Positions 49,631 through 59,901 of a stretch of 64,000 nt of DNA are shown here, piece by piece. Where the stretch lies: the NCBI GenBank assembly GCA_041660605.1, contig JBAZWB010000002.1, positions 170,408 to 234,407 on the forward strand. The letters are read 5' to 3'. The notes below the pieces were generated by a model, which was not told the origin of the DNA, searched no databases, and was given only the letters and a program-made list of their open reading frames with translations. How positions within the stretch are numbered: the stretch's first letter is position 1; each line of letters begins with the position of its first letter. Position numbers and translations under genes: made by a program. This stretch comes from Patescibacteria group bacterium (GTDB lineage Bacteria; Patescibacteriota; Patescibacteriia; UBA10025; JAHIVO01).

Positions 49631-50314
49631 TTATTTTAATACTTCACTGCGGCTGATTATTTTAAAACCGCCAGACGGCAATCCGCCCAGCCGGTAATTA
49701 CCCTCGCTGACTCTGGTCAGGGAAACGATGTTTGCATTGACGGAGCCAAACATTCTCCTGATCTGCCTTTTCCAGCCTTGGTGCAAAGTAATAGTATAAA
49801 TATTTCCGCCGGATTTCTGCAGGGTATCGGCTTTGGCCAGGCCTTCTTCAAGTTCAACGCCATTTTTTAATTTTTGAATTGTTTCCGCACTCAGCGGCCG
49901 GCTGGTTCTGGCTTCGTATCTTTTCTCCTGTTCAAACTTCGGATGCGTCAGGCGATAAATCAAATCACCGTCGTCGGATAAAATTAAAAGCCCCTCAGAA
50001 TCTTTGTCCAGACGGCCGGCAATTTTCAGGTGGCGGAATTTTTCCGGCAATAAATCGAATATTGATTTTTCATTGTCATAATGCGCGTGCGTGCAGACAT
50101 AACCGCGCGGTTTATGAAAGGCCAGGTAAATAAAATTATCTTTAACCTGGCACAACTGCCCGTCAATAAAAACCCGGTCTTTCTCCGGATCAACCTCCAT
50201 GCCCAGCTGACGGACAATGGAATTATTAACCCGCACGCGGCCATGCTGGATTAGCTCATCGGCTTTTCGCCGCGAAGCCTGTCCGGAAAGCGAGATATAT
50301 TTATTTATTCTCAT
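49631..50314 (-). CDS. RsuA/RluB-family rRNA pseudouridine synthase
   Basis: S4 domain MRINKY..SRRKADELI, HKPRG, GRLDKDSEGL, RQIRRM; start reassigned to 50314. Confidence 0.92.
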   Translation of the reverse strand: MRINKYISLSGQASRRKADELIQHGRVRVNNSIVRQLGMEVDPEKDRVFIDGQLCQVKDNFIYLAFHKPRGYVCTHAHYDNEKSIFDLLPEKFRHLKIAGRLDKDSEGLLILSDDGDLIYRLTHPKFEQEKRYEARTSRPLSAETIQKLKNGVELEEGLAKADTLQKSGGNIYTITLHQGWKRQIRRMFGSVNANIVSLTRVSEGNYRLGGLPSGGFKIISRSEVLK

Positions 50315-50387
50315 GACTACAGTATAACAAAAAAAGGACAATCGGTAAGGACTGCCCTTCATTGACGAAAAAACATTGATCGAAGAA

Positions 50388-50918
50388 TTATTCAGAGAAT
50401 TGGAACAGGAATCCCCTGTCCCGTAGCTTGCCAATCCATTCGGTGACCAGCGTGCTAAGTCCGCTTCTGATTAAATCGTATTTAGAAGAAGCGAGTTCCG
50501 CATGATCTAAAAGGTTAGCGCAATAAAGAAGAAGATGATTGCTCCCGGGTATGCAGAGTTTCCCCTTATAGGTCGCAAGACACTGGGTTTCGGCGAATGC
50601 TCCTTTCTTATACGGAGTTTTGCCCGTAAGAGACTGCTCGACATAGCCGGTAAGTTCTTCTTTTGATCCCTTTTTGCTAGTCAGAAAAGTCTGCGCATAC
50701 AATTCACAACATACGAAGTCGCTGTCTGACCGCATCTGATACGAAGCGCGAATTGCAGTGACATGCACTCCATCAGTAGTGTGCAGTACGAGAACTTCTA
50801 CGCGATCGAGATTTGCAGAAGTAGACAATTGGCTCTGCGACCGAACGATGACGTTCCCATCGACTTCCATTACGTACTTGAGCAGCTTGTCTAGATCGCT
50901 ATTTACTTGAGCTTTCAT
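50388..50918 (-). CDS. Hypothetical protein (176 aa)
   Basis: AAGGAGG RBS before the ATG; no recognised motif. Confidence 0.65.
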   Translation of the reverse strand: MKAQVNSDLDKLLKYVMEVDGNVIVRSQSQLSTSANLDRVEVLVLHTTDGVHVTAIRASYQMRSDSDFVCCELYAQTFLTSKKGSKEELTGYVEQSLTGKTPYKKGAFAETQCLATYKGKLCIPGSNHLLLYCANLLDHAELASSKYDLIRSGLSTLVTEWIGKLRDRGFLFQFSE

Positions 50919-51099
50919 GGTACCTCCTTATCAGCTCAAATGTTTCACATTTTAAGCAATTAGTGACAATGATCGAATGTCTAAAATTAACACAGGCCAT
51001 TAACGCTGTCAATGGCTTGTATACCAAACTGTCCCAGTACCGTTGCGCTCATACTCAATAAAGCTGTGGGTAGTGTAATTTATTTATTTATTTTCCTAG

Positions 51100-52362
51100 C
51101 TATAATTTTACGACAATAGCTGCCATATCATCATACTGTTTCAACCGGGGATATTTCCAGCACTCAGGATCTGATTTTTCCAGATCACGTATTGTCTGCC
51201 TTACCATATTTAATCCCCCTTGGCGGAACAATTCCACCATTTCAAAAAAATCTTCAGACTCTTCGGGATCTTCTTTTGGTATTAAAAAGCCGTCGGTAAA
51301 AAGAATAATATTTTTTACGCCTTTAACGCTTATTTCCCCTTTTTGGATGAAGCTTATCGCTCGATTATCGCCATTCAGAGCGCCATATTTGATATTAGTC
51401 TCCATCCTGACCTTCCTGTTTTGCTCCCGTAAATGCTGGCGAATATTCTTAGTCTTTTTTTGGGCAAGCGCTTTCCACATTTTTAACGTTTCCAGATCAT
51501 GGTTATGGTATTCACCCAGCAATTTGACAGAACCGTCCTGATTCAAAACCAGCAAATTACAATCTCCAATCTTTATCCATTCTGCGGTTTCGTCTTTAAT
51601 GCGCACTGCTACCAGCGAGGCGCTCCAGCGATTTACAGTGTTTGAAACATCAATATTATTTTTAATCATTGCTTCGGCTATAGCCGTATTGGCATTGGTT
51701 ACGGTTTCTATCAATGTTCCCTGGCCACCGGTAATTTTTTCTCTAACTACGGAAGCGGCTAAATAACCACCCGTCTTGCCCGAACTATCATGGTAGCCAT
51801 TCAGGCTAGAAGCGCCGTCAATTACGCAGAATAAATTTTCTTTCACTACCAGCCTGTCCTCATTCATTTCACCCGATCCCTTTTCTGAAACGCAGCTGCT
51901 CTGAAATTGCTGGCTCTTATAAATCTTTAAAATCAGCCAGATACCGCCGGCTAAAATAAAAATATCAGCTAGATTAAAGACCGGCCAAGAGGTTAAGACT
52001 ATCATGTCAACCACATACCCGTGCTGCAGACGGTCTAATAAATTTGAAAAAGCTCCGATGATTATCAAACTAATAGATAAAACGACCATCAATTCCTTTT
52101 TTTGTACGGCTTTGATTAATATTATAAACAAAACCAGTAAAATAAAAGTTACGACGGCTATCAAAACCGGACTGGGTATAGGGACGCTATACGCAATTCC
52201 CTGGTTTCGCTCCAAAACAAATCCGGTTACTTTTGGAATTAAAAAAACGCCCTCACGCGGCAGATTATTCAAGGCCAGCCATTTGGTCAACCGGTCAATT
52301 AAAAACAAACCAGCTATCAAAAGCGGTAGCCACCAATAGATCTTATTTTTTAATTTATCCAT
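51100..52362 (-). CDS. lspA: Signal peptidase II fused to a PP2C-like phosphatase domain
   Basis: N-half DRLTK, NQGIA, SNLLDR, YVVD, FNLAD; C-half NED, IDG, IGDC, FTDG, DDMA. Confidence 0.85.
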   Translation of the reverse strand: MDKLKNKIYWWLPLLIAGLFLIDRLTKWLALNNLPREGVFLIPKVTGFVLERNQGIAYSVPIPSPVLIAVVTFILLVLFIILIKAVQKKELMVVLSISLIIIGAFSNLLDRLQHGYVVDMIVLTSWPVFNLADIFILAGGIWLILKIYKSQQFQSSCVSEKGSGEMNEDRLVVKENLFCVIDGASSLNGYHDSSGKTGGYLAASVVREKITGGQGTLIETVTNANTAIAEAMIKNNIDVSNTVNRWSASLVAVRIKDETAEWIKIGDCNLLVLNQDGSVKLLGEYHNHDLETLKMWKALAQKKTKNIRQHLREQNRKVRMETNIKYGALNGDNRAISFIQKGEISVKGVKNIILFTDGFLIPKEDPEESEDFFEMVELFRQGGLNMVRQTIRDLEKSDPECWKYPRLKQYDDMAAIVVKL

Positions 52363-52371
52363 AGAAAATGT

Positions 52372-52728
52372 CTAGATGCCGTGGCACTTCAGGCAATGCC
52401 TGGCTTCTGGATTTGCCAATAAGCGCTCAGCATTTATTTCGTTTCCGCATTTCTCGCAAAGGCCGTATTTGCCTTTTTCAATCTTCTGAAGCGCTATCTC
52501 AATTTTCTCCAGGTTAGTCTCCAGGTTTCTTTCCAGCGAAATATTATCCTGGTACTGCGCGACCTCAACGGCGCTGTCTTCTTCCTTATCGCCCATTTCT
52601 TCCCATTTAGCTTGAACCCGATCTTTATCAAATGTCTTTTCTTTAGTCATCTCCTCAAGCTGGGCAACCAGCTGCTGCTTTCTCTCGAGAAGTTTGCCTT
52701 TTACTTGCTCTACGATCTCTTTTTCCAT
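52372..52728 (-). CDS. DksA/TraR C4 zinc-finger protein
   Basis: Coiled coil followed by YGLCEKCG..I..ERL.A.P.A..CLKC. Confidence 0.9.
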   Translation of the reverse strand: MEKEIVEQVKGKLLERKQQLVAQLEEMTKEKTFDKDRVQAKWEEMGDKEEDSAVEVAQYQDNISLERNLETNLEKIEIALQKIEKGKYGLCEKCGNEINAERLLANPEARHCLKCHGI

Positions 52729-52800
52729 AAAACTGGCTTAATAATTAAGGCATTAACAAATGCTGATAGCATTATATACTAAACAATTATTAGAGGCAAA

Positions 52801-52840
52801 TACCATCCCCCTCGCCCGAAATCGGACGAGGGGGATGTAT
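52801..52840 (-). terminator. Strong hairpin downstream of the surface protein gene
   Basis: catccccctcg-cccgaaatcgga-cgagggggatg. Confidence 0.65.
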
Positions 52841-52865
52841 TAAAATTCGCTAATAACTGTGGTTT

Positions 52866-55800
52866 TTACAGGGCTGGCATGCTACCAATATTGATGCCGC
52901 CGCGGAATCCCGTGTGGTGGGTAAAGAACTGGGCAATAACCTCACCGGCGTAGTTGAAGGCACGCACGTGCGGGCCCATACCTTTGCCAGGAGCAGTGAT
53001 AATGTCACTCGTGCCATCCTGGTTCAAATCCGCCAGTAATGAAGTGAAATTGCCGCGTAAGCTCTTTGAGTAGGCGAAGAACTGGGAAACCACCTCACCC
53101 TGGGTATTAAATACCCGGATGTGCGGACCAGCACCGCTTTCCGGTGAAGCGACAATCTCGTTCTCACCGTCACCGCTGACATCGCCAACTGAAACGTTCA
53201 GGCCGCCGCGGAAAGTCGTAGCATAGGCAAAGAACCGGCCTACCAGCGTGCCGTTGCCGTTAAACATAGCCACCTGCGGACCCAGTCCCGGGCCAGGCGT
53301 AACTATGACGTCTGCCGTCCCGTCTGCGTCAATGTCGCCGGTTGTTACATGGTAGCCTCCGCGAATCGAACTGGCATAAGCCATGAATTGTGAAACAACA
53401 GTGCCGTCATGGTCAAACACCCGGACTTGCGGGCCGCCGGCTGAAGCCGGTACCACGATGATCTCATTCACGCCATCGCCATCAACATCGCCGGTAGTCA
53501 AATTAACACCACCGCGGAAAGTAGTCGGGAAGGCGAAGAATTGCGATTCTACTTCTCCCTGGCCATTGAATATCCTGATCTGCGGACCAACGCCCGGCAT
53601 GGTAGTAACGATTATTTCATCTGTGCCGTCGCCATCAACATCGCTGACAGCTAAATTCAGGCCAGCGCGGATGTTTGTCGGGAAGGCGAAGAATTGGCCG
53701 ATGACCTGGCCGTGCATATTGAATATCCTGATCTGCGGACCAGCACCGGCTCCTGGCGCCACCACTATTTCATTTTCACCATCGCCATTAACATCACCGA
53801 CTACCGCCTGGATGCCCATGCGCAGGCTGGACGAATAAGCGAAGAAATTCACGAGCATGTTACCGTCGCCATCCCAGACAGTAACCTGCGGACCGCCGCC
53901 GCTGACCGGCGTAGCAATCACGTCAGCCGGACCGCCAGCAGAGGCTGAAGCGCCAAAGGTAGCTCCGGTGGTTAAAGCAAACTGGGTAAAGTGATCAACC
54001 TGCAAACATGCCTGACTATCGGTAACCACGGCTGTATCGGGAACCTGCCAGGCACCGGCGGTAGAATTCCAATATTTCGGGAAAACATCTTCAGCAGTCA
54101 AACCGACTACCCCCAGATATTCCTCCGGCAAAGGCATGCAAATCTGCACGCTAGAATCAAATTGCTCAACCAATTCAGTGTTAGAATCACTCTGTTTTGT
54201 TACTTCTAAATCCCAGGCAAAAGTCAAAGGCTTATCCGAATCAGTAAACATTAAATCGGTAGCCGGAGTAGCCCGGAAAGTATAGGTACTGTCATCAGAA
54301 CCAGCGGCATTAGCCGGCATCATTATGGTCGTACCGTCAGGCAGAGTAAAATTATTCTGTTGTGTGGCGGTGAATGTCTGGCTGAATGACTCTGGTATAT
54401 TAAATAATGCCTGTTTCATGACAAACGATTTGGATTTATCGTCGCCGGTTACTACTGATATCTGCTGCTCTTCTGACCGATAAAATTTATTCGTATCTGG
54501 GTTATATGTATCGCAGCCAATCCACCAGGAACCGGTAGTCAGCGGAATGCGCGCGTTGCCGCCCATCATTTCGCGACCGGAATTCCCGCCCTCCGGATTC
54601 CAGGCATGACAAAAGCCCATATTAGGCACGGTGCCGTCTTCTAATGTGCCTGAAGCCGTAACATATGCATCAGCATTGCGGTACTTCATCACAATCCCGG
54701 TAGCGGGAGTACCAGAGGTAACCGTAATCTCAACTCCTTCAGGCGACATATAGTCGGACTCAAATTCCGGGGGCAAACCTGAATTGAGCATGTATGTTCC
54801 GGACACTAGGTTTAACCTGAATGTACCGTCGCCCCTTGATTCTGTTCCGCTGCGTAAAACCTTTCCGCCCGCAAAATCGCCTTTCATCTTGCCTTCCATC
54901 TGCTTATAATTATCTGCGTTGATCCAGACATGCGGCATCGGGTTGCCACTGGGGTCCTGAACTACTCCTTCGACATAAGTATCAGCCCTGTATATTGTTA
55001 CAATTTTTACAACTTCAGTACTGGCTGGCACTGTCACCGCTTCTGAGGGCTCCGGCTGCGTAGCCACAAATTGGGAATTGCCCTCTTGGGCGCCAAAAAT
55101 ATTGATTTGGACAACAAAGGCATCATTAGTGCCTCCCAATAAGCTGATCCGGTAACTGCCGTCATCATTTATAATGCCCGGATGATATTGCATGTTGCCA
55201 CCCATACCAACAGCCGCTGCTTCAGCCTGTCCGGCCAATCCGGTAACAATATTTCCGTTCTGGTCTTTTACCCAGCCTATAATCGCTGAATCATTGTCTA
55301 CTAATGTTAACTTAATATCCTTGGTTTCTCCCTTGCCAACAGTTAATTCAACTTCATCAAGCAAAGAACGGTTTCCTTCTGGCGGCATATTCATACCGCA
55401 GACAAAATCGTATCCGCCTAATAAAGGAATGCTAGCTGAACCTCTGTCAACACCCGCGCCGAATTCCGATCCTGGGCCAAAACCGCCGCCTGATTTGCGG
55501 CAATATGCCCAGCCATAAGTATCGGTAACGGCATTGCCATTATTATCTACAATTTTTACGTTAACGCGTGCATCGGCTAGCTGGACGTTAATGACAATCC
55601 CGGTTACTGTTTGACCTTCTGTGACTAAAATCGAATCTGACTTTTGATTAGCGGAAATATAGTTACCACCTTCATTTCTGCCCTGGTCAAGCTGCAACTG
55701 CCAATCGCCTGCCTGAACATACATGGTAAAAGTACCATCCGCTTCGGTCTGTACATTACCCCAGCCTTGTCCGTTTCTCACCCAACCGTTAAGCCAGACA

Positions 55801-57206
55801 CTAGGCACACCATTGCCATCCGTATCCATAACTTTACCTTTAATAGCCGATGTTTTTTCTTTCATTACTACAGTAAGCGTCTTTGTCTGATCTTCACCGA
55901 CGCGTACTGAGATTTCATCAGAATAATATTTGGCTAGATCTGGATTCATGTTATCCGGGTAAACTGTCACTTTATAATCTCCGGCCTTAACATTGGCCGA
56001 AAAAGATCCCTGGTTTATGCCACTTCCATTCCCTCCCTGATTGCCTGATTTGATGTCTACGTAACCGCCAGTAAAAGGAGTTACTCCATCCGGAAAATAT
56101 ACCGTGCCTCTTATCCTGGCGTTGGTTTGCTGTACAGTAAATGTAATATCTTCGGACTCAATTGTGCTATTATTTGCAAAATCAACCATCGTTGCCTGTG
56201 AATTATACGACCAATCGCAATCTTTCTGCTGTTGCAGCTCCTGATCCCAACCGCAATTAACTCCGACATCCCAGCTGCCGCCGGACATGGACAGAAGCGC
56301 TTCACCATTGCTGTCCGTATCAGTGCCTACATGGCTGCCGCCGTCTCTTTTGTTTGCCCAGACATTAGCTGTAGTTACCGGGTCGCCATTTTCATATACC
56401 ACAGTGGCATTAATTGTTTTTGATGCTGTTATCAAGGTTATATTCTTGGTAATGGTCGAACCATTATAGACAAAACTTACCGTATCCGGAGAAATCACGC
56501 CGGGGGTACTGCCTGGCCAGGCATCTATCATATAGGTTGTGCCTGATACAAGCGTGCCATTCTGGGTGACTTTAGGAATAACATACCAGCCGTTTTGATC
56601 AACACCAGTACCATAATTAAAATTAAAATCCTGTGTCCTGACATTGACGCCGACACCATGCTCACTAGAAGCTGGATTGCCATCAGGCATCTTTACCTGG
56701 CCTTTTACCGCAATATTCCCCAGAAAAATCGGGTTATCAGCAAATGTATTTTCACCAGGGCCTTCTGACCCAGGCAAGCGCACCTCAATGCGCATACTAT
56801 ACATGCCAGAATTGGCTGGATTAAGCACGTCGCTTAATACAATTGTGCTAATACCTGCGGAAATGGAGCTGGACAATTGGACAGTAAAGCTATCATTCCA
56901 TGGCCAAATATCACCTGCTAAGTTAATTGTCGCATTCTCAAAGTTATGACCACAAGGAGTTTCTGGCGGACAATAGCCATTAAAATCCGAACGGAAGGTG
57001 AGCTGCGATCCTATCGGAATAAGCTGGCTAAAGGCTACTTCCAGAGTATAGTCCGTCGTGGCGCTAAGTGTAGTACTGTAGCCACTATCCACTGACATTC
57101 CTAATACAAGTGGGGTGACAGCTTGCACTGGCGCGCTTAAACTAAAAAAAGACACTAGCGCTAGGCCAGCTATCATGCTAACTGACCAAAATAATTTTTT
57201 ACGCAT
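52866..57206 (-). CDS. Large surface protein with carboxypeptidase-regulatory-like beta-sandwich repeats and a C-terminal FG-GAP/VCBS propeller
   Basis: Signal peptide; IxGxVxDxxGN repeats; repeated GD(V/I)xGDGxxEI..PGxGxGPQ(I/V)R(I/V)F..FFA(Y/F)...RGG. Confidence 0.85.
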   Translation of the reverse strand: MRKKLFWSVSMIAGLALVSFFSLSAPVQAVTPLVLGMSVDSGYSTTLSATTDYTLEVAFSQLIPIGSQLTFRSDFNGYCPPETPCGHNFENATINLAGDIWPWNDSFTVQLSSSISAGISTIVLSDVLNPANSGMYSMRIEVRLPGSEGPGENTFADNPIFLGNIAVKGQVKMPDGNPASSEHGVGVNVRTQDFNFNYGTGVDQNGWYVIPKVTQNGTLVSGTTYMIDAWPGSTPGVISPDTVSFVYNGSTITKNITLITASKTINATVVYENGDPVTTANVWANKRDGGSHVGTDTDSNGEALLSMSGGSWDVGVNCGWDQELQQQKDCDWSYNSQATMVDFANNSTIESEDITFTVQQTNARIRGTVYFPDGVTPFTGGYVDIKSGNQGGNGSGINQGSFSANVKAGDYKVTVYPDNMNPDLAKYYSDEISVRVGEDQTKTLTVVMKEKTSAIKGKVMDTDGNGVPSVWLNGWVRNGQGWGNVQTEADGTFTMYVQAGDWQLQLDQGRNEGGNYISANQKSDSILVTEGQTVTGIVINVQLADARVNVKIVDNNGNAVTDTYGWAYCRKSGGGFGPGSEFGAGVDRGSASIPLLGGYDFVCGMNMPPEGNRSLLDEVELTVGKGETKDIKLTLVDNDSAIIGWVKDQNGNIVTGLAGQAEAAAVGMGGNMQYHPGIINDDGSYRISLLGGTNDAFVVQINIFGAQEGNSQFVATQPEPSEAVTVPASTEVVKIVTIYRADTYVEGVVQDPSGNPMPHVWINADNYKQMEGKMKGDFAGGKVLRSGTESRGDGTFRLNLVSGTYMLNSGLPPEFESDYMSPEGVEITVTSGTPATGIVMKYRNADAYVTASGTLEDGTVPNMGFCHAWNPEGGNSGREMMGGNARIPLTTGSWWIGCDTYNPDTNKFYRSEEQQISVVTGDDKSKSFVMKQALFNIPESFSQTFTATQQNNFTLPDGTTIMMPANAAGSDDSTYTFRATPATDLMFTDSDKPLTFAWDLEVTKQSDSNTELVEQFDSSVQICMPLPEEYLGVVGLTAEDVFPKYWNSTAGAWQVPDTAVVTDSQACLQVDHFTQFALTTGATFGASASAGGPADVIATPVSGGGPQVTVWDGDGNMLVNFFAYSSSLRMGIQAVVGDVNGDGENEIVVAPGAGAGPQIRIFNMHGQVIGQFFAFPTNIRAGLNLAVSDVDGDGTDEIIVTTMPGVGPQIRIFNGQGEVESQFFAFPTTFRGGVNLTTGDVDGDGVNEIIVVPASAGGPQVRVFDHDGTVVSQFMAYASSIRGGYHVTTGDIDADGTADVIVTPGPGLGPQVAMFNGNGTLVGRFFAYATTFRGGLNVSVGDVSGDGENEIVASPESGAGPHIRVFNTQGEVVSQFFAYSKSLRGNFTSLLADLNQDGTSDIITAPGKGMGPHVRAFNYAGEVIAQFFTHHTGFRGGINIGSMPAL

Positions 57207-57418
57207 ATTCCTCTCCTTTTTTCGCCAATAGGCGATTAATAATGTAAAAATTTTATATTAAAACAAAAAGACCGCAAAAATTGCGGACCTTTCAGTTTGA
57301 TTCCACGTATTCTCTGGTTATTCTTTGTTGAAAAAATATCATAAGCTACTGACAAGCAAAATAGCTCTAATACCTAAAAAGTATACCCTATTTTATAATT
57401 TTTGTCAAATTTAACGCC

Positions 57419-58684
57419 TTACCTTGGCTTTTTCTCTGCTTCAATGATCCGGCCGATGCCAAGCATGAAAGCCGCCGTTCTCAAATCAACATTTTTTGTT
57501 TCTGAAATCAACCAAATATTATTGAACTCCTTTATTATGATTTTCTCTAATTTGTCCAAAATATCTTTCTCTGGCCAATGCTCATTCTTTAAGTTTTGCA
57601 GCCATTCAAAATAACTGACGACCACGCCGCCGGAATTTGCCAAAACATCAGGTACTATTTTTATTCCCCTCTGGCGCAGGATCTGGTCGGCTTCTGGTGT
57701 TGTCGGACCGTTGGCTAGCTCCACTACGGCTTTGGCCTTAATTTTTTCGGCGTTGGCCGCTGTCAGCTGATTTTCCAAAGCGGCCGGAATCAAAATTTCG
57801 CAATCCAATTCTAGAAGCTCCTCATTGGTTATTTTTTTATGATCAATCACATCGCAAACCGAACCTTCGCAATAAGCTCCGACCAAAACGCCTTTTTCCT
57901 TTTTTACGCGCATGACGTGTTCCGGCGTGAATCCGTCTTCAACCAGTATCCCGCCTTTTGAATCAGACACGGCGATAATTTTATAACCATGCTCATGAAG
58001 GATCTGCGCCGCATGATAGCCGACATTGCCGAATCCCTGGACTGCTACTCTGGTTTTTTCAGGCTTGAGCCCTAATTTTTTTGTTAACTCTCTGACAGCA
58101 TAAAATCCACCCATGGAAGTGGAAAATTCCCTGGCTTCAGATCCGCCTTTATCCAGCGGCTTGCCGGTAAATGCCGCCGGGGTATACTGGCCGGCTAGTT
58201 TTGAATATTCATCCACCATCCAGGTCATTATCTGGGGATTGGTATAAACGTCGGGCGCAGGTATGTCTTTTTGCGGGCCGATATCTTCATAAAACCCCCG
58301 CACCCAGGCTCTGGACAATCTTTCAATCTCTCCGGCGGACAGCTCCTTGGGGTTTACCGTTATGCCTCCCTTTCCGCCGCCCATGGGAATATTGGCAACG
58401 GCGCATTTGACGGCCATCAGCAAAGCCAGGGTTTTTACTTCATCAAGGTTCGCTTGCGGATGATAGCGTATGCCCCCTTTATAAGGGCCGCGCGCGTTAT
58501 TAAATTGAACGCGATAGCCATGAAAGGATTTATCCTGGCCATTATCCAGCTTGATATTTAACTGGCGCTCAATTACTTTGTCGGGTGTACTGAGCTTTTT
58601 GAACCAATTTTTATCCAAACCCAGCTGCTCTGTTGTTTTTTTAAGCCCCTTCAATACATTTTCAAACGGATTTATAGTTTTCAT
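57419..58684 (-). CDS. gdhA: Glutamate dehydrogenase (Glu/Leu/Phe/Val DH family)
   Basis: GPYKGGIRY, GGGKGG, DIPAPD, QGFGNVG, ELANGP, NSGGVVVSYFEW. Confidence 0.92.
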   Translation of the reverse strand: MKTINPFENVLKGLKKTTEQLGLDKNWFKKLSTPDKVIERQLNIKLDNGQDKSFHGYRVQFNNARGPYKGGIRYHPQANLDEVKTLALLMAVKCAVANIPMGGGKGGITVNPKELSAGEIERLSRAWVRGFYEDIGPQKDIPAPDVYTNPQIMTWMVDEYSKLAGQYTPAAFTGKPLDKGGSEAREFSTSMGGFYAVRELTKKLGLKPEKTRVAVQGFGNVGYHAAQILHEHGYKIIAVSDSKGGILVEDGFTPEHVMRVKKEKGVLVGAYCEGSVCDVIDHKKITNEELLELDCEILIPAALENQLTAANAEKIKAKAVVELANGPTTPEADQILRQRGIKIVPDVLANSGGVVVSYFEWLQNLKNEHWPEKDILDKLEKIIIKEFNNIWLISETKNVDLRTAAFMLGIGRIIEAEKKPR

Positions 58685-58700
58685 ATGCTAAATGATATCA

Positions 58701-59900
58701 CTAAATTGTTAATTTCTTATTAAACTCCTCTAAAGCCTTTTTTAATATCTGCATTGCCATTTCTAATTTCTTTGATTCCAGCACATAGGCAATTCTCACC
58801 TCTTTTTTCCCCATTCCCTCCGTCACATAGAAACCGTTCCCGGGCGCCAGCATCACCGTGCTGTTTTCATATTGAAATTTTTCCAGCAGCCAGCGGCAGA
58901 ATTCTTCCGCGTCATTGACAGGCAGCTCGACGGTCAAATAGAACGCGCCTTCCGGATGGCCATATTTTACCCCCTTGATCTGGCTGAGTGCTTGAGCGAC
59001 TGTCTGCATGCGCCGTTGGTATTCAGTTTTTAATTTATCCGTGAATTTTTTTGAATCCGCCAATAAAGGCGCCACTCCCAGCTGTTCAATGGTAGGAGCG
59101 GACAACCGTCCCTGCGCAAATTTAGTTACCGACGAAATAATCTCCTGATTCTGGCTGGCCAGGCAGCCGATGCGCGCGCCGCATAAATTAAATCTTTTTG
59201 AAACGCTATCAACCACGATGGTCCTGGATTTCGCCTGGGGAAAATCCATGATACTGATGAATTTATTTTTCCCGAAAATCACCTCTCGGTAAGTTTCATC
59301 AGCAATAATGTATAAATCATTCTTTTCCGCGAGGTCAATCACGTCTTGCAGCTCCTCTCTGGTATATACGGCTCCGGTAGGATTGGATGGGTTGTTTACC
59401 AGAATAGCCCTGGTTTTTTTATTCACAAATTCCTGAATCTTCGCGGCCGGGGGCAGGTGGTAACTGTTTTTTATATTCAAGGTTACCGGGCGCAGCCTGA
59501 CATCCACCATGGAAGCGAACGAAAGATAATTCGGATATAAAGGCTCAAAAACGATAATTTCTTCCTCATAATCCGCCACTGCCACAAAGGCAAAAAGCAG
59601 CGCTTCACTGGCACCCATGGTCACAATAATCTGGTTCTCCTGAAAACTAATGCCAAAATCATGGAAATATTTTTGCCAGGCTTTTATGGTCTCTGTGTAT
59701 CCCGTGGAAGGAGCGTAAGACAGGGTTTTCTTAGAAAAATTCCCTATCTCGTCATAAAATTCCTGCGGCGTCGGCAAGTCCGACTGGCCGATATTCAAAT
59801 GATAAACCTCAAGTCCTCTTTTCTCGGCTGCCTCGGCAAGACAATACAATTTCCGTATTGGAGAGGAGGGCGTCCTAAATGCTCTGCGGGAAACATGCAT
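58701..59900 (-). CDS. Class I/II PLP-dependent (aspartate-type) aminotransferase
   Basis: LNIGQSD, NNPSNPTG, DETY, SVSKRF..GARIG. Confidence 0.92.
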   Translation of the reverse strand: MHVSRRAFRTPSSPIRKLYCLAEAAEKRGLEVYHLNIGQSDLPTPQEFYDEIGNFSKKTLSYAPSTGYTETIKAWQKYFHDFGISFQENQIIVTMGASEALLFAFVAVADYEEEIIVFEPLYPNYLSFASMVDVRLRPVTLNIKNSYHLPPAAKIQEFVNKKTRAILVNNPSNPTGAVYTREELQDVIDLAEKNDLYIIADETYREVIFGKNKFISIMDFPQAKSRTIVVDSVSKRFNLCGARIGCLASQNQEIISSVTKFAQGRLSAPTIEQLGVAPLLADSKKFTDKLKTEYQRRMQTVAQALSQIKGVKYGHPEGAFYLTVELPVNDAEEFCRWLLEKFQYENSTVMLAPGNGFYVTEGMGKKEVRIAYVLESKKLEMAMQILKKALEEFNKKLTI

Positions 59901-59901
59901 A

